Under the pieces are notes generated by a model that was not told where the DNA came from, made no database searches, and saw only the letters and a list, made by a program, of their open reading frames with translations. Of a stretch of 59,734 nucleotides of DNA, positions 47,299 to 57,187 are shown one piece after another (within the stretch, counting starts at the first letter, position 1; each line of letters starts with the position of its first letter). This DNA comes from a virus. Taxonomy: Duplodnaviria > Caudoviricetes. A program made the position numbers and the translations under genes. Location of the stretch: the IMG/VR virus record IMGVR_UViG_3300037755_000523, positions 1 to 59,734 of that record, one strand, 5' to 3'.

Positions 47299-47487
47299 CC
47301 AATCGGGCCACCGTGCTTGAACACGGCAGCCCTGGCCGACGGGGACGAAACCGCCGGTTAGTCAGATTGTAGCATTGGCCAGCAGCGAATGCTACCGCAT
47401 ATTTCCGCTATTTTTGGCGTCCACCTGACAATTCGCTGACGACATGACGCCTGTATGGACGACACCGGAGACGGTGATACAGGGCCA

Positions 47488-47871
47488 ATGAATGAACATT
47501 TTAGCTGGTTGGTGGCTGCGATGATTTTGACAACCATCAATACAGGCGGTGGGTCGTCAGTTGATGGCGATGTTACAGTTGGCAATGATGTCGCCATGCG
47601 AGACATCATTCATGCGGATCAGTATACCTGGCGGTCGCATGTAGATCATCGTCTACGCGATTATCGCGACGAAATGCGCAGTGACATTATGGAGTTACGC
47701 CGTAATCAAAATTATCAATGGGTGATGCTTGCCATTGTAGCCGTGTTGTTTCTATTTTCGTTGACGATTTCGGCGGGCGTGGTCATCCGGCAATTTGACA
47801 TTCTGAGCGTACAGATGGAAATGCGTTTCGACCGTATAGACCGGCGTATGGATGGGGCACGTTTGCCATGA
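47488..47871 (+). CDS. Coiled-coil + TM protein with N-terminal TGGG motif (holin position)
   Basis: NTGGGSSVDGDVTVGNDVAMRD; one long TM. Confidence 0.6.
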   Translation: MNEHFSWLVAAMILTTINTGGGSSVDGDVTVGNDVAMRDIIHADQYTWRSHVDHRLRDYRDEMRSDIMELRRNQNYQWVMLAIVAVLFLFSLTISAGVVIRQFDILSVQMEMRFDRIDRRMDGARLP

Positions 47872-48245
47872 TGGATGAAACCAACACGCAAGGCGGCGCA
47901 GCGGTACAGGGCGATGCCCGCGCTGAGCGAGACCTGACCATGCGCGACCGCTATGAGCAACAGCACAGCGTTACCTTCCAGAATCCAGACAGCGCCGAAT
48001 TGTGGCGGGCGATTCTGGCACTCGGCACGCAGATGAGCGAGATGCAGGCTAGGCTCAGCGATAGGATCAACGCTGTCGATTTCAAGCTTGACGACCTGCC
48101 AAACCGGGTCGGCAAACTCGAGATCAAGGTGGATCCAGAACAGCTTCCGGTGATGATTCCGATTTTTTTAGCACTCTGGATTTCAGTGGGATTTGGACTG
48201 TTTCTCGCCCTGTTGCTCGTCGGGGCATATTTTATTATCGCGTGA
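47868..48245 (+). CDS. Paralogous coiled-coil + C-terminal TM protein
   Basis: NTQGGAAVQGDARAERDLTMRD; C-terminal TM. Confidence 0.65.
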   Translation: MMDETNTQGGAAVQGDARAERDLTMRDRYEQQHSVTFQNPDSAELWRAILALGTQMSEMQARLSDRINAVDFKLDDLPNRVGKLEIKVDPEQLPVMIPIFLALWISVGFGLFLALLLVGAYFIIA

Positions 48246-48252
48246 GAGGGCT

Positions 48253-48411
48253 ATGTCGCTATCAATGATTCTGCTCGTCATCCTAATCTTACTGCTGTTG
48301 GGATCTGTCCCGACCTGGCAACACTCGCGCGCCTGGGGCAATGGCCCGGCGGGGCTGATTGCCGTCATCGTTGTGGTCTTGCTCGTGTTGTTGCTGCTGG
48401 GGAGAATTTGA
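48253..48411 (+). CDS. DUF3309-family membrane protein
   Basis: ILLVILILLLLGSVPTWQHSRAWGNGP...LLLGRI. Confidence 0.8.
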   Translation: MSLSMILLVILILLLLGSVPTWQHSRAWGNGPAGLIAVIVVVLLVLLLLGRI

Positions 48412-48418
48412 GGAATCT

Positions 48419-48613
48419 ATGGCTATCATTACCGAAGATGAGTGTCTGCCCGACGTGGTGGAACTGTGGATAGCGGCAGAGCAGGCCGGGTTCTACGGGT
48501 TCGTCTATTTGGAGCGCGAGCGTATCCTAATGGCGTACCTGCCTAACAGCACAAATATTGAAGATGACCGCGTTCCGGTCTCGTGGGATATGTACGAAAT
48601 GACGGAGGATTAG
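48419..48613 (+). CDS. Hypothetical acidic protein
   Basis: GAGGA RBS. Confidence 0.55.
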   Translation: MAIITEDECLPDVVELWIAAEQAGFYGFVYLERERILMAYLPNSTNIEDDRVPVSWDMYEMTED

Positions 48614-48616
48614 ACC

Positions 48617-50176
48617 ATGCCAACCATCGACACCACACCGGCCGACCTGCAAGCCAAACTAGACGCCGCCAAACCTGGCGACGTGCTTGCGATGCGTTCC
48701 GGCGAGTACCCAGGCGAGTACACCGTCTGCAACCCCGGCCTCATGTTGCTGCCCGCCGACGGCGAATTGCCCGTCTTCGTCGGGCCGACCAAGCCCGATA
48801 GCGGCACGAAACCGGCATGGCTGCATATCTACCCCAACGCCGCCAACACCGTCCTGAACGGGCTTACGCTCGCCCGTGCCGGCGACATTACGAAAGCTAA
48901 AGCCTACAATGATTTCGGCATTATCATCGAAGCGCCGGGCGTAACGGTGCAAGATTGTAGCCTGTCCGGTATGACAAAAGGCATTCACGTCAAAGGCGCA
49001 AAAAGCACCCACGTCACGCTCCGTAACAACGTCATTGGACCCACCTACCAGAGTAACATCGTCGTCGGCACGTCTTACGGCGTGGTGCGTGCGCTGCTCA
49101 TCGCCTACAATCTGCTCGAACGCTCGTACATCGAAGACGCCATCCAGTTTATGCAGAACTACGACCTGTCCGACGCCCTGAAAGCGTCCGACGTTAGCAA
49201 CCTGGGCGCTATCATCTACCAGAACACCATTCGAGACTGTAGCGAAAACGCCATCGACCTGAAGGGCGCTGGCTTGGTCGTCATTGACGGCAACAATATC
49301 ACGCACATCGCCGGCAGCAACAACGGGCCGCTGGCTGGCTGGAATCACAGCGCCAACCAGAGCATCGGCAAAGGCGCGCGCGCTTCCAGCGGCTATGTGT
49401 TAATTCGCAACAATGACCTACAGGACAATTGCAGCGGCATCCGTTCGCAGCCTGAGTGGAAAATTATCCACAACCTGATTGCCAATAACAACTACTCGCC
49501 GGCCGGAATGCTCTGGGCCGGTTATGGCATCAGCAACCAGAATGGCGGTGCGGGGCTATCTGTCGTCAACAACCGTGTCTACGGCAATCTGGGCGGCGAC
49601 CTAATCAACATGCCACCCGCCGCCGACGTTCATGGCAACCGCGCCGATGCAGGGCCGGGGGAGCCGGTAACAGGGGTTGTCAAAACGGATGGCAATCTTC
49701 TGACCGTTAAAGACGCCGGATTTTTTACTGACTGGTTTGGTCGTACTGATTTGCCGCCGGATGTGGTCTATGTCCAGGGCGACCGCTACGAAGTAGCCGC
49801 TGTTGATTACAAGGCCAATACGCTACGCCTGGACAGGCCGGTGCAAGCCACGGCAGGCGGCGATGTTTGTTGGCAATCCGCAAAGCCGATGGTGGGCATA
49901 GTGGGCGTGGAAGCGCCGCCGGTCGACCCGCCACCGGTTGACCCACCCGTTGAAGGCGTCGAAACCGTGCATTTAACCATCTCGGCAGAAATGACCGCAT
50001 CCGACGCGGCTAGTCTGCGCGCGCTATTGAATGATCGTTTGTACACGGTAAAAATGAAATACCAGCCTGTCATTTTGGAAAACATGATTGATTCAAAAGG
50101 GAACGCACTCACTTTTGACCCGGACGGTGCCACGCAGCTCCAGCCGGATTTTTCACCACCTAGAGAGGCAAAGTAA
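48617..50176 (+). CDS. Right-handed parallel beta-helix protein (pectin lyase-like fold)
   Basis: LQAKLDAAKPGDVLAMRSGEY cap; I-x-N-N-x-I repeats. Confidence 0.75.
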   Translation: MPTIDTTPADLQAKLDAAKPGDVLAMRSGEYPGEYTVCNPGLMLLPADGELPVFVGPTKPDSGTKPAWLHIYPNAANTVLNGLTLARAGDITKAKAYNDFGIIIEAPGVTVQDCSLSGMTKGIHVKGAKSTHVTLRNNVIGPTYQSNIVVGTSYGVVRALLIAYNLLERSYIEDAIQFMQNYDLSDALKASDVSNLGAIIYQNTIRDCSENAIDLKGAGLVVIDGNNITHIAGSNNGPLAGWNHSANQSIGKGARASSGYVLIRNNDLQDNCSGIRSQPEWKIIHNLIANNNYSPAGMLWAGYGISNQNGGAGLSVVNNRVYGNLGGDLINMPPAADVHGNRADAGPGEPVTGVVKTDGNLLTVKDAGFFTDWFGRTDLPPDVVYVQGDRYEVAAVDYKANTLRLDRPVQATAGGDVCWQSAKPMVGIVGVEAPPVDPPPVDPPVEGVETVHLTISAEMTASDAASLRALLNDRLYTVKMKYQPVILENMIDSKGNALTFDPDGATQLQPDFSPPREAK

Positions 50177-50779
50177 ATGGCAACCATTACGTTTGAAGCC
50201 TACATCGGAGCCACACCGGATTGGACCGACATCGGCGCCAACACAGTCGTTTTCTGTTCAAGTTTGACCGACCTGGCGACCGCGATCACGGTTGCGGCCT
50301 ACCAGGACGGCACGCACATTGGCAATGGCACGCCGGGCACGGATCAGTGCGGCGCAAACCATGCCAACAATGTCAAGTATGTGAGCAGCACGAATTTTAT
50401 CCTCAATGGTGGTAGTTCAGAGGTCATCAACGACACCAATTTGACTGCCATCGAATGCACATTGCGCTTGCATTTTGCGCACGGGTCAGCCGTGGCCGTG
50501 ACCGGCGCACGCATGTACTGCTATGACGGCTCCACCGTCACCACGCGCGCCACCGGTCTGGACGTGCAGGCGTTCGAGCGCGGCGTTGCCGCGGAGGCGT
50601 GGACGACCATCAACGACGACAGCGTTGGCACTGGCGGCGACAACACAGACGAACGCCTAGACCTGGCGAACAGTGGCAGCGCCACCGATCATTACTGGTA
50701 TGTGGCGATCAGTGTCAGCCCTGAGACCGTTGGTGCGAAGTCCGCGTTCAGTTTCGGTCTGGCGCTGACCTATAGCTAA
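50177..50779 (+). CDS. Beta-rich putative structural protein
   Basis: 200 aa, T/G/S/A-rich, ends FGLALTYS. Confidence 0.6.
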   Translation: MATITFEAYIGATPDWTDIGANTVVFCSSLTDLATAITVAAYQDGTHIGNGTPGTDQCGANHANNVKYVSSTNFILNGGSSEVINDTNLTAIECTLRLHFAHGSAVAVTGARMYCYDGSTVTTRATGLDVQAFERGVAAEAWTTINDDSVGTGGDNTDERLDLANSGSATDHYWYVAISVSPETVGAKSAFSFGLALTYS

Positions 50780-50791
50780 CGGAGAGTCCTA

Positions 50792-51160
50792 GTGCAATCA
50801 TCTGGACGCTGGATCGCTTCCCTGAGTAATGGTGAGACGATCTTTGAGGAACCCGTTCAGCCCGGCGCGCTTTCGCCCTGGCAGGCGCTGCTACAGCGTT
50901 GCCGCGACGAGGATTTGCGCATCGTGCAATTGCGCCTCCAGGTGGCTGGCGTCAACGTGACGGCGCTCGCCGGTGCAGCGGGTTTTGTGCAGTGCAGCGA
51001 AATGCACCGCGACCTACAGACCAAAGCCGAGCGCCACCGGCGCGGCATCGGGTCGGTGATTGGTGACGTGGTCGTCATCAACTGGATCGACGACAGCCGC
51101 AACATTTGGCAGGATGTCCGCCCGTTAGCGGACTTGAGATTACACAGTACGTTGGCTTAA
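50792..51160 (+). CDS. Hypothetical protein
   Basis: GGAG RBS, 122 aa. Confidence 0.6.
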   Translation: MQSSGRWIASLSNGETIFEEPVQPGALSPWQALLQRCRDEDLRIVQLRLQVAGVNVTALAGAAGFVQCSEMHRDLQTKAERHRRGIGSVIGDVVVINWIDDSRNIWQDVRPLADLRLHSTLA

Positions 51161-51210
51161 CTCAGTATTGTCCTAGCGCACCGCTTCTGGGCAACACGAT
51201 AACGATTTGA

Positions 51211-51244
51211 GCTATGCACGTTAACAACTGCATAGCCTTTTTTT
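51211..51244 (+). terminator. Terminator/attenuator before the giant gene
   Basis: GCTATGCA...TGCATAGC followed by a T-run. Confidence 0.6.
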
Positions 51245-51253
51245 AGGAATGCA

Positions 51254-54200
51254 ATGGCGATTGTAAAGCCGACGGGGGCGGTCTCAAGCCACACCCAATC
51301 TGGCTCAGGCATTTCCACATTCTCGTTTAATCATACCGTTCCCGCGGGCGATGATCGCGCGGTCTTCGTCGTGGTCTGCGCATGGCGTAACAGCGACACT
51401 AACCCTTTCACCGTTACCCCCACCTTCGACAGCAACAGCATGTCCGAGGTGTACAGTAACAACACCACGACCAGCAATCGCTATTACCTGGTCTCTATCT
51501 GGCGCATCCTGGCCCCAGCGGTGACTGGCTCACCCGTCACCGTGGCCGGCACATATGCGACCAACACGATCAACGACCAGATCGTCTTCACCATCAGCCT
51601 GAACGGTGTCCACCAAACGACGCCGACCGGCAACACCGGCGTAGATGTGACTGGTCAGGCGCGCAGCATCGCCATTACAACCGGCGCTGACAATGCTTGG
51701 TTGCTGGCCGGAACGCTCTACTACAGTGGCACGGCGGCACTATCCGAAGTCAACTCCACCGTCGAAGACGACGAACAGACCACGGGTAGCGGTAGCACGG
51801 CAGACATTACGGCGGGCCTCTATCATCTGGTATGCACCACCGCGGGCGAGTACACGATTGAGGCGACCAGCGACGGCGAAAACCGTGGCCTCATGGCGGC
51901 GATTGAAGTGCGCCCGTCTGTGGCCGCGAATGTAAGCAACGCCCAACCCGCCTACATGGTTGGTCGCGCAACGACCGTAGATGCGCAGCCTGCCTACACC
52001 GTCGGCATTGCCACCACAGCGGATGCCCAACCTGCCTACACCATCGGGCGCGATACAGCCAGCGATGCCCAACCGGCCTACACGCTGGGCGTTGCAGGCT
52101 CTGTTGGCAGCCAACCGGCCTACGTCGCGGGCGTCAGCACTACAAGCGACAGCCAAGCGGCCTATACTGCTGGTGGTATCAATTCCGTTGACAGCCAGCC
52201 CGCCTACGCCGCGGGCCGTGTGACCGCAAGCGCAACAGTTGTGGCCTACACAGCCGGTCGCGCGACGACGACGGATAATCAACCCGCCTACATCGCCGGT
52301 CAAAACGGCATTGCGGATGCCCAACCGGCCTATGCCAGCGGACGTGTTACGGTAACGGACAGCCAGCCCGCCCACACAGCCGGTATTGCAACGGCCACTG
52401 ACAATCAACCCGCCTACGTCGTCGGTTCACCTAGCGTCGTGATGCCATCTGGTGGACTCAGCACTTACGCCGCCTCCGGTACGAGCCTAACCGCATTCTC
52501 ATTCTCGCACACTGTTCCCGCGGGCGACCGGCGCGCCGTGTTCGTCGTTGTCTGCGCCTGGCGAAACAGCGACACAACCGCGTTCACGGTCGCACCGACA
52601 TTCGACGGCGCGGCCATGACGGAGGTTGGGTCATTCACGACCACAACCAACAACCGTTACTACCTGGTCAGCATTTGGCGTATCCTGGCGCCATCCGTGA
52701 CCGGCGAACCCGTCATCGTAGCGGGCACGTACAGCGGTGCGGCCATCAATGATCAGGTGGTTCACGCCATCAGCCTGAATGGCGTGGATCAGGCAACCCC
52801 AACCGGCAATATAGGCAGCGACACAACTGGCGCAGAAAAAAGCGTCGCCATTACGACCGGCACAGATGCGGCCTGGCTGCTAGGCGGCCTGCTTGTCTAC
52901 GGCGGTGTGAGTACGCTTTCGCCCAATGGCGCAACCGTTGAGGATGACGAGCGCGCAACCGGCAGTGGCTCAACCAGCGACATCACGGTCGGTCTCTATC
53001 ATCTGGTCTGTGGGGCCGCGGGCGAACACACGATTGCTGCCGAAACGAACGGCGAAAACCGCGGCGTCTTCGGCGTTATCGAGGTTCGCGCCGATGCGCA
53101 GATCGACATCACGAGCGCCCAACCGGCCTACGTCGTTGGCAAAAGCACGGCCGCCGACAGCCAGCCAGCCTACGCGTTCGGCACAAACGACGTCGTTTCC
53201 GGCCAGCCAGCCTATTTGTTTGGCGGCGACATCCTCACTGCCAGCCAACCCGCCTACGCAACGGGCATTGCGACCGTAAGCGACAGCCAGCCCGCGTTGG
53301 TCATCGGCAAGGACACGGCAACCGATAGTCAGCCCGCTTACGTCACCGGCGTCCCTGGCTCAATAGCCAGCCAGCTCGCCTACGTCGTCGGCGTGGACAC
53401 TATCGCAGCCAGCCAGCTCGCTTATCTGTTCTGTGGCCTGACCGAAACCGACGCCCAACCCGCCTACTTGCACGGTAGCGCGCCGGCCACCGACGCCCAA
53501 CCCGCCTACGTTGTTGGTGGCACAGACGCCATCGATAGCCAACCAGCTCACGCGGTAGGACGGGCCCTAAAGAGCGACAGCCAACCCGCCTACACCGTCG
53601 GCACAGAGGGCGATTACATCTATGTCGCCACGAACGGCAGCGACGGCAGCGGCGACGGTTCCAGTGATGCGCCCTATGCAACCGTCAACAAAGCCGTTAG
53701 CGTGGCCAGCCCAGGCGACACAATCGCCCTCCGCAATGGCACGTACAACCAGCGGGCGTACATCAACAACTGGAATAGCGGCGATGCCAACAACCTGCTC
53801 ACGATCAAGGCCGAAAACGCTGGCATGGCGACGCTGGCAGGCGTGAGCAACACGCTCTACATTGTTGACATCAATAACAGTTCGTGGATTGTCATTCAGG
53901 ATCTGTTCGTCCAGTACGCCGCCGGTCACACCGTCCCGGGCGACCGCAACCATCCGATCTACATCCGTGGCACATCGAGCGACATCCGCATCACCGGCAA
54001 CCAGATTACCAAACTGGGCATGACGCCGACTGAGACGCAGATGAAAAATGACTTCAACGGCGGCTATCGCGACGTTGGCGTCAACGCATCCGGTACGACG
54101 GCGCGCATCGAGATTGATCACAACCAGATCCGCGGCATCAACAAAGCAGTCGCTTCGCAGGGCCGGGCCACGTTCTACAACATCCACCACAACCGGATGC

Positions 54201-57187
54201 ACACGGTGCAATCTTGCATCGGCATCCGCTACGGCGATTTTGTGCCAGGCCGCCACCGCGTCGCCTTCAACGATTTTGAATACTCCTACATGGAGGATGG
54301 CAGCCAACACCAGCGCGATCCGGCATTGCCTGAGCATACGATAGACACTAGTTATGTCTTCTACTACCGCAACCTGTTCCGCAATCTGGGCGAAAACGCC
54401 ATTGACACCAAAGGCGCGGAACACATCTTTTTCGTGCAGAATGTGTTCGCCAGCAATTTGGGCAATAACAACGGTCGCCACCCGACGCAGCAGACCATCG
54501 CCGGCAGCGTCAACATGATCTCATGTGGAGCTAACCAAATTACTCGCCATCGCGTCGGCTTCGACAATGTGTTCTACGACAATAGCGCGGCAATGGCGAC
54601 CTGGGACGAGGACTGCTACTACAATAATTTTGTCTGGTACAATCTACGCCGCGACCTGGTCAGCGGCGACACAGCCGACTCGCTGAAGCACCGCGGCTTC
54701 TCCTACACCGAGGGCACGGGCTTCTCCCGTATCATCCTAAAAAACAACCTGGTTGGCCGCATGTACATCGGCTCGTCGTTGCGCGACTACACCGGCACCG
54801 ACATCGACATTGACGGTAACGCCTACATCAACTGCGATCACGTGGGCTATGACGCCAAAGCCAGCAGCACCAAAACAAGTCTGGCGAACTGGCGCACCTG
54901 GGTGCAGGGTAACGGCTGGGACACCGAGGGCGAGGCCAACAGCTACGCGGGCACAGACGCCGCCTCAACGCTCATGGTCAACTGGCCGGAATTCCCAACC
55001 GGCGATTGGGACATCTACGACTGGACGGTCAAGCCGACTGCGACGCCGCTATACGGCCAGGGCGTCGCCATCACGACCGCGGCCAGCACAACGACCAACA
55101 GCACTGCGCTTCCGGTCGCCAATTCTGGCCCATTCTACGGCAGTTTTGGCCGTACCGACCTGCCGCAACAGGACATCTACATCACTGGCGTCGGCACACG
55201 CAAAGTTGTGTCCGTCAACTGGAACACGGACACACTAACGCTGGACGCGCCGGCCACGGTTGCCAACGGTGCGGCCATTTATCACGGCACGAGCGCAACG
55301 CCGAACATCGGCACGTTCTTCTTTGAGGTCGGACCCGACGCAGACGAAGAAGAAAGCGGCGGCGGCGGTGAGGAGGGCGGCGGTGAGGGCAGTAGCGGTA
55401 CGATTACGGCCGGCGCGGTCGCTTCTTTTGCCCAGGCCGGATCGGCGAGCACCTTCTCATTTGGCGCAACGATTCCAAGCGGCTCCGACCTGGCCCTGTT
55501 CGTGGTTGTGCTGGCCTGGAAGACGAATGAGACCGCCTTTACGGTGACCCCGACCTTCAACGGTGAGGCCATGACGGAGGTCTACACCGCCACGACGACG
55601 ACGACCAATCGCTCCTATCTGGCGTCAATCTGGCGCACGTTGAACCCCGCTGTCGGCGCGGGCACGGTGGCCGGAACGTACAGCAGCAACCCGACTGATC
55701 AGGTGGTCTTTGCCCTGCCACTGATCGGCGTAGACCAGTCAACGCCCACCGGCAACACCGGCAACGACACCAGCGGCGATTGGGACGTTGCGCTGACGAC
55801 CGACATTGACAACGCCTGGCTCATCGGTGGAACGGTCGTCTATGGCGGAGACAACACGCTGGGCGTTGGCGGCGCAACCGTCAAGGATAACCAGCAGGCA
55901 ACCAACACATCGGCCACGACGGACATAACAGGCGGCCTGTTCCACCTGGTCACAACGACGTTAGGCAGTCACACGCTGCAATCGACCGCCAACAACGACA
56001 CAAAGGGTTTGGCCGCAGCGGTTGTGGTGCGACCAGCAGCAGCGGGTACATGGAGCGGCAGTCAGGCGGCATATCTGGCCGGTGGCCTGAATGTTAGCGC
56101 CGAACAACCCGCTTACGTCACCGGGCAGACGACAACCAGTGACGGACAACCGGCGCACGCCACCGGTAGAGCGCTCGACAGCCAAACGCAACCGGCCTAT
56201 GTCATCGGCAAGACCACGACCAGCGATAGCCAACCCGCCTTTACGACCGGCATTGTGGCGCTTGCAGCAGACAGCCAACCGGCCCACACCACCGGGCGCG
56301 ACACAGCAAGCGGGGCAGCCGTCGCCTACACCAAGGGCGCGACCATGGCTGCGGATGCGCAGCCCGCGTACCTGGTCGGCAAGGACACGGCAACCGATGC
56401 GCAGCCGGCTTACGTTGTCGGTGTGACTACGGCGACGGATAGCCAACCGGCTTACACGGTGGGGGCGAATGGCTCGATAGAAGCCCAACCGGCTTACGTC
56501 GTCGGTGTGAGCGGCAATATAGCGGTGCAGCCGGCCTACGCCATCGGGCAGGATACGACAGCGGCGGCGCAACCCGCTTACACAGTAGGCGACGCCATAG
56601 CCAGCGATAGCCAACCGGCTTACGCCATCGGCCAGGGCGGGGCAAGCGCAGCGCGACCGGGCTACACCGTAGGTCGACAGGATGCAACCGACGCGCAAGC
56701 CGCTTTCCTGGTGGGCGCGGACACGGACGTAGGGGAGCAGATCGCCTATGCCATCGGGCAGGCTGACAGCACGGCGGCGCAACCGGTCTACCTCATCGGG
56801 CGAGCGAATGATAGCGCAGCGCAACCCGCCTATACCATCGGCAGGGCAGATGACAACGCAGAGCAGCCCGCTTACACCACCGGTCGGGACACGGACGCCG
56901 CAGCGCAGCCGGCCTACACGATCGGCCAAGCGACGGACACGGGAGATCAGACAGGCTATGCAGTCGGTAAGGACACGGACGCAGCATCGCAACCGGCCTA
57001 CCTGTTCTGTGGCACCATCGTTCGGGCAGAGCAGACGGCTTACCTATTCGCCACATCCGGCCTACCGCTCGACTGGTATCTGAGCGACAGCGCCGCACAC
57101 GATTGGGAACTGTCTGACGAAGCCGCGCACGAATGGACGCTGACGGACGAAACAATGCACGATTGGGAGTTGACAGACAACACATGA
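51254..57187 (+). CDS. Giant modular adhesin/fibre protein
   Basis: 1977 aa: three homologous ~200-aa beta domains, a beta-helix domain, 48 14-aa QPAY repeats, four 10-aa DWxLxD repeats. Confidence 0.75.
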   Translation: MAIVKPTGAVSSHTQSGSGISTFSFNHTVPAGDDRAVFVVVCAWRNSDTNPFTVTPTFDSNSMSEVYSNNTTTSNRYYLVSIWRILAPAVTGSPVTVAGTYATNTINDQIVFTISLNGVHQTTPTGNTGVDVTGQARSIAITTGADNAWLLAGTLYYSGTAALSEVNSTVEDDEQTTGSGSTADITAGLYHLVCTTAGEYTIEATSDGENRGLMAAIEVRPSVAANVSNAQPAYMVGRATTVDAQPAYTVGIATTADAQPAYTIGRDTASDAQPAYTLGVAGSVGSQPAYVAGVSTTSDSQAAYTAGGINSVDSQPAYAAGRVTASATVVAYTAGRATTTDNQPAYIAGQNGIADAQPAYASGRVTVTDSQPAHTAGIATATDNQPAYVVGSPSVVMPSGGLSTYAASGTSLTAFSFSHTVPAGDRRAVFVVVCAWRNSDTTAFTVAPTFDGAAMTEVGSFTTTTNNRYYLVSIWRILAPSVTGEPVIVAGTYSGAAINDQVVHAISLNGVDQATPTGNIGSDTTGAEKSVAITTGTDAAWLLGGLLVYGGVSTLSPNGATVEDDERATGSGSTSDITVGLYHLVCGAAGEHTIAAETNGENRGVFGVIEVRADAQIDITSAQPAYVVGKSTAADSQPAYAFGTNDVVSGQPAYLFGGDILTASQPAYATGIATVSDSQPALVIGKDTATDSQPAYVTGVPGSIASQLAYVVGVDTIAASQLAYLFCGLTETDAQPAYLHGSAPATDAQPAYVVGGTDAIDSQPAHAVGRALKSDSQPAYTVGTEGDYIYVATNGSDGSGDGSSDAPYATVNKAVSVASPGDTIALRNGTYNQRAYINNWNSGDANNLLTIKAENAGMATLAGVSNTLYIVDINNSSWIVIQDLFVQYAAGHTVPGDRNHPIYIRGTSSDIRITGNQITKLGMTPTETQMKNDFNGGYRDVGVNASGTTARIEIDHNQIRGINKAVASQGRATFYNIHHNRMHTVQSCIGIRYGDFVPGRHRVAFNDFEYSYMEDGSQHQRDPALPEHTIDTSYVFYYRNLFRNLGENAIDTKGAEHIFFVQNVFASNLGNNNGRHPTQQTIAGSVNMISCGANQITRHRVGFDNVFYDNSAAMATWDEDCYYNNFVWYNLRRDLVSGDTADSLKHRGFSYTEGTGFSRIILKNNLVGRMYIGSSLRDYTGTDIDIDGNAYINCDHVGYDAKASSTKTSLANWRTWVQGNGWDTEGEANSYAGTDAASTLMVNWPEFPTGDWDIYDWTVKPTATPLYGQGVAITTAASTTTNSTALPVANSGPFYGSFGRTDLPQQDIYITGVGTRKVVSVNWNTDTLTLDAPATVANGAAIYHGTSATPNIGTFFFEVGPDADEEESGGGGEEGGGEGSSGTITAGAVASFAQAGSASTFSFGATIPSGSDLALFVVVLAWKTNETAFTVTPTFNGEAMTEVYTATTTTTNRSYLASIWRTLNPAVGAGTVAGTYSSNPTDQVVFALPLIGVDQSTPTGNTGNDTSGDWDVALTTDIDNAWLIGGTVVYGGDNTLGVGGATVKDNQQATNTSATTDITGGLFHLVTTTLGSHTLQSTANNDTKGLAAAVVVRPAAAGTWSGSQAAYLAGGLNVSAEQPAYVTGQTTTSDGQPAHATGRALDSQTQPAYVIGKTTTSDSQPAFTTGIVALAADSQPAHTTGRDTASGAAVAYTKGATMAADAQPAYLVGKDTATDAQPAYVVGVTTATDSQPAYTVGANGSIEAQPAYVVGVSGNIAVQPAYAIGQDTTAAAQPAYTVGDAIASDSQPAYAIGQGGASAARPGYTVGRQDATDAQAAFLVGADTDVGEQIAYAIGQADSTAAQPVYLIGRANDSAAQPAYTIGRADDNAEQPAYTTGRDTDAAAQPAYTIGQATDTGDQTGYAVGKDTDAASQPAYLFCGTIVRAEQTAYLFATSGLPLDWYLSDSAAHDWELSDEAAHEWTLTDETMHDWELTDNT

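Noticed and set aside
47335-47450. Hammerhead ribozyme or tRNA
   Set aside because: GGACGAAAC and CTGACGA are in the wrong order for a hammerhead core, and no complete cloverleaf is present
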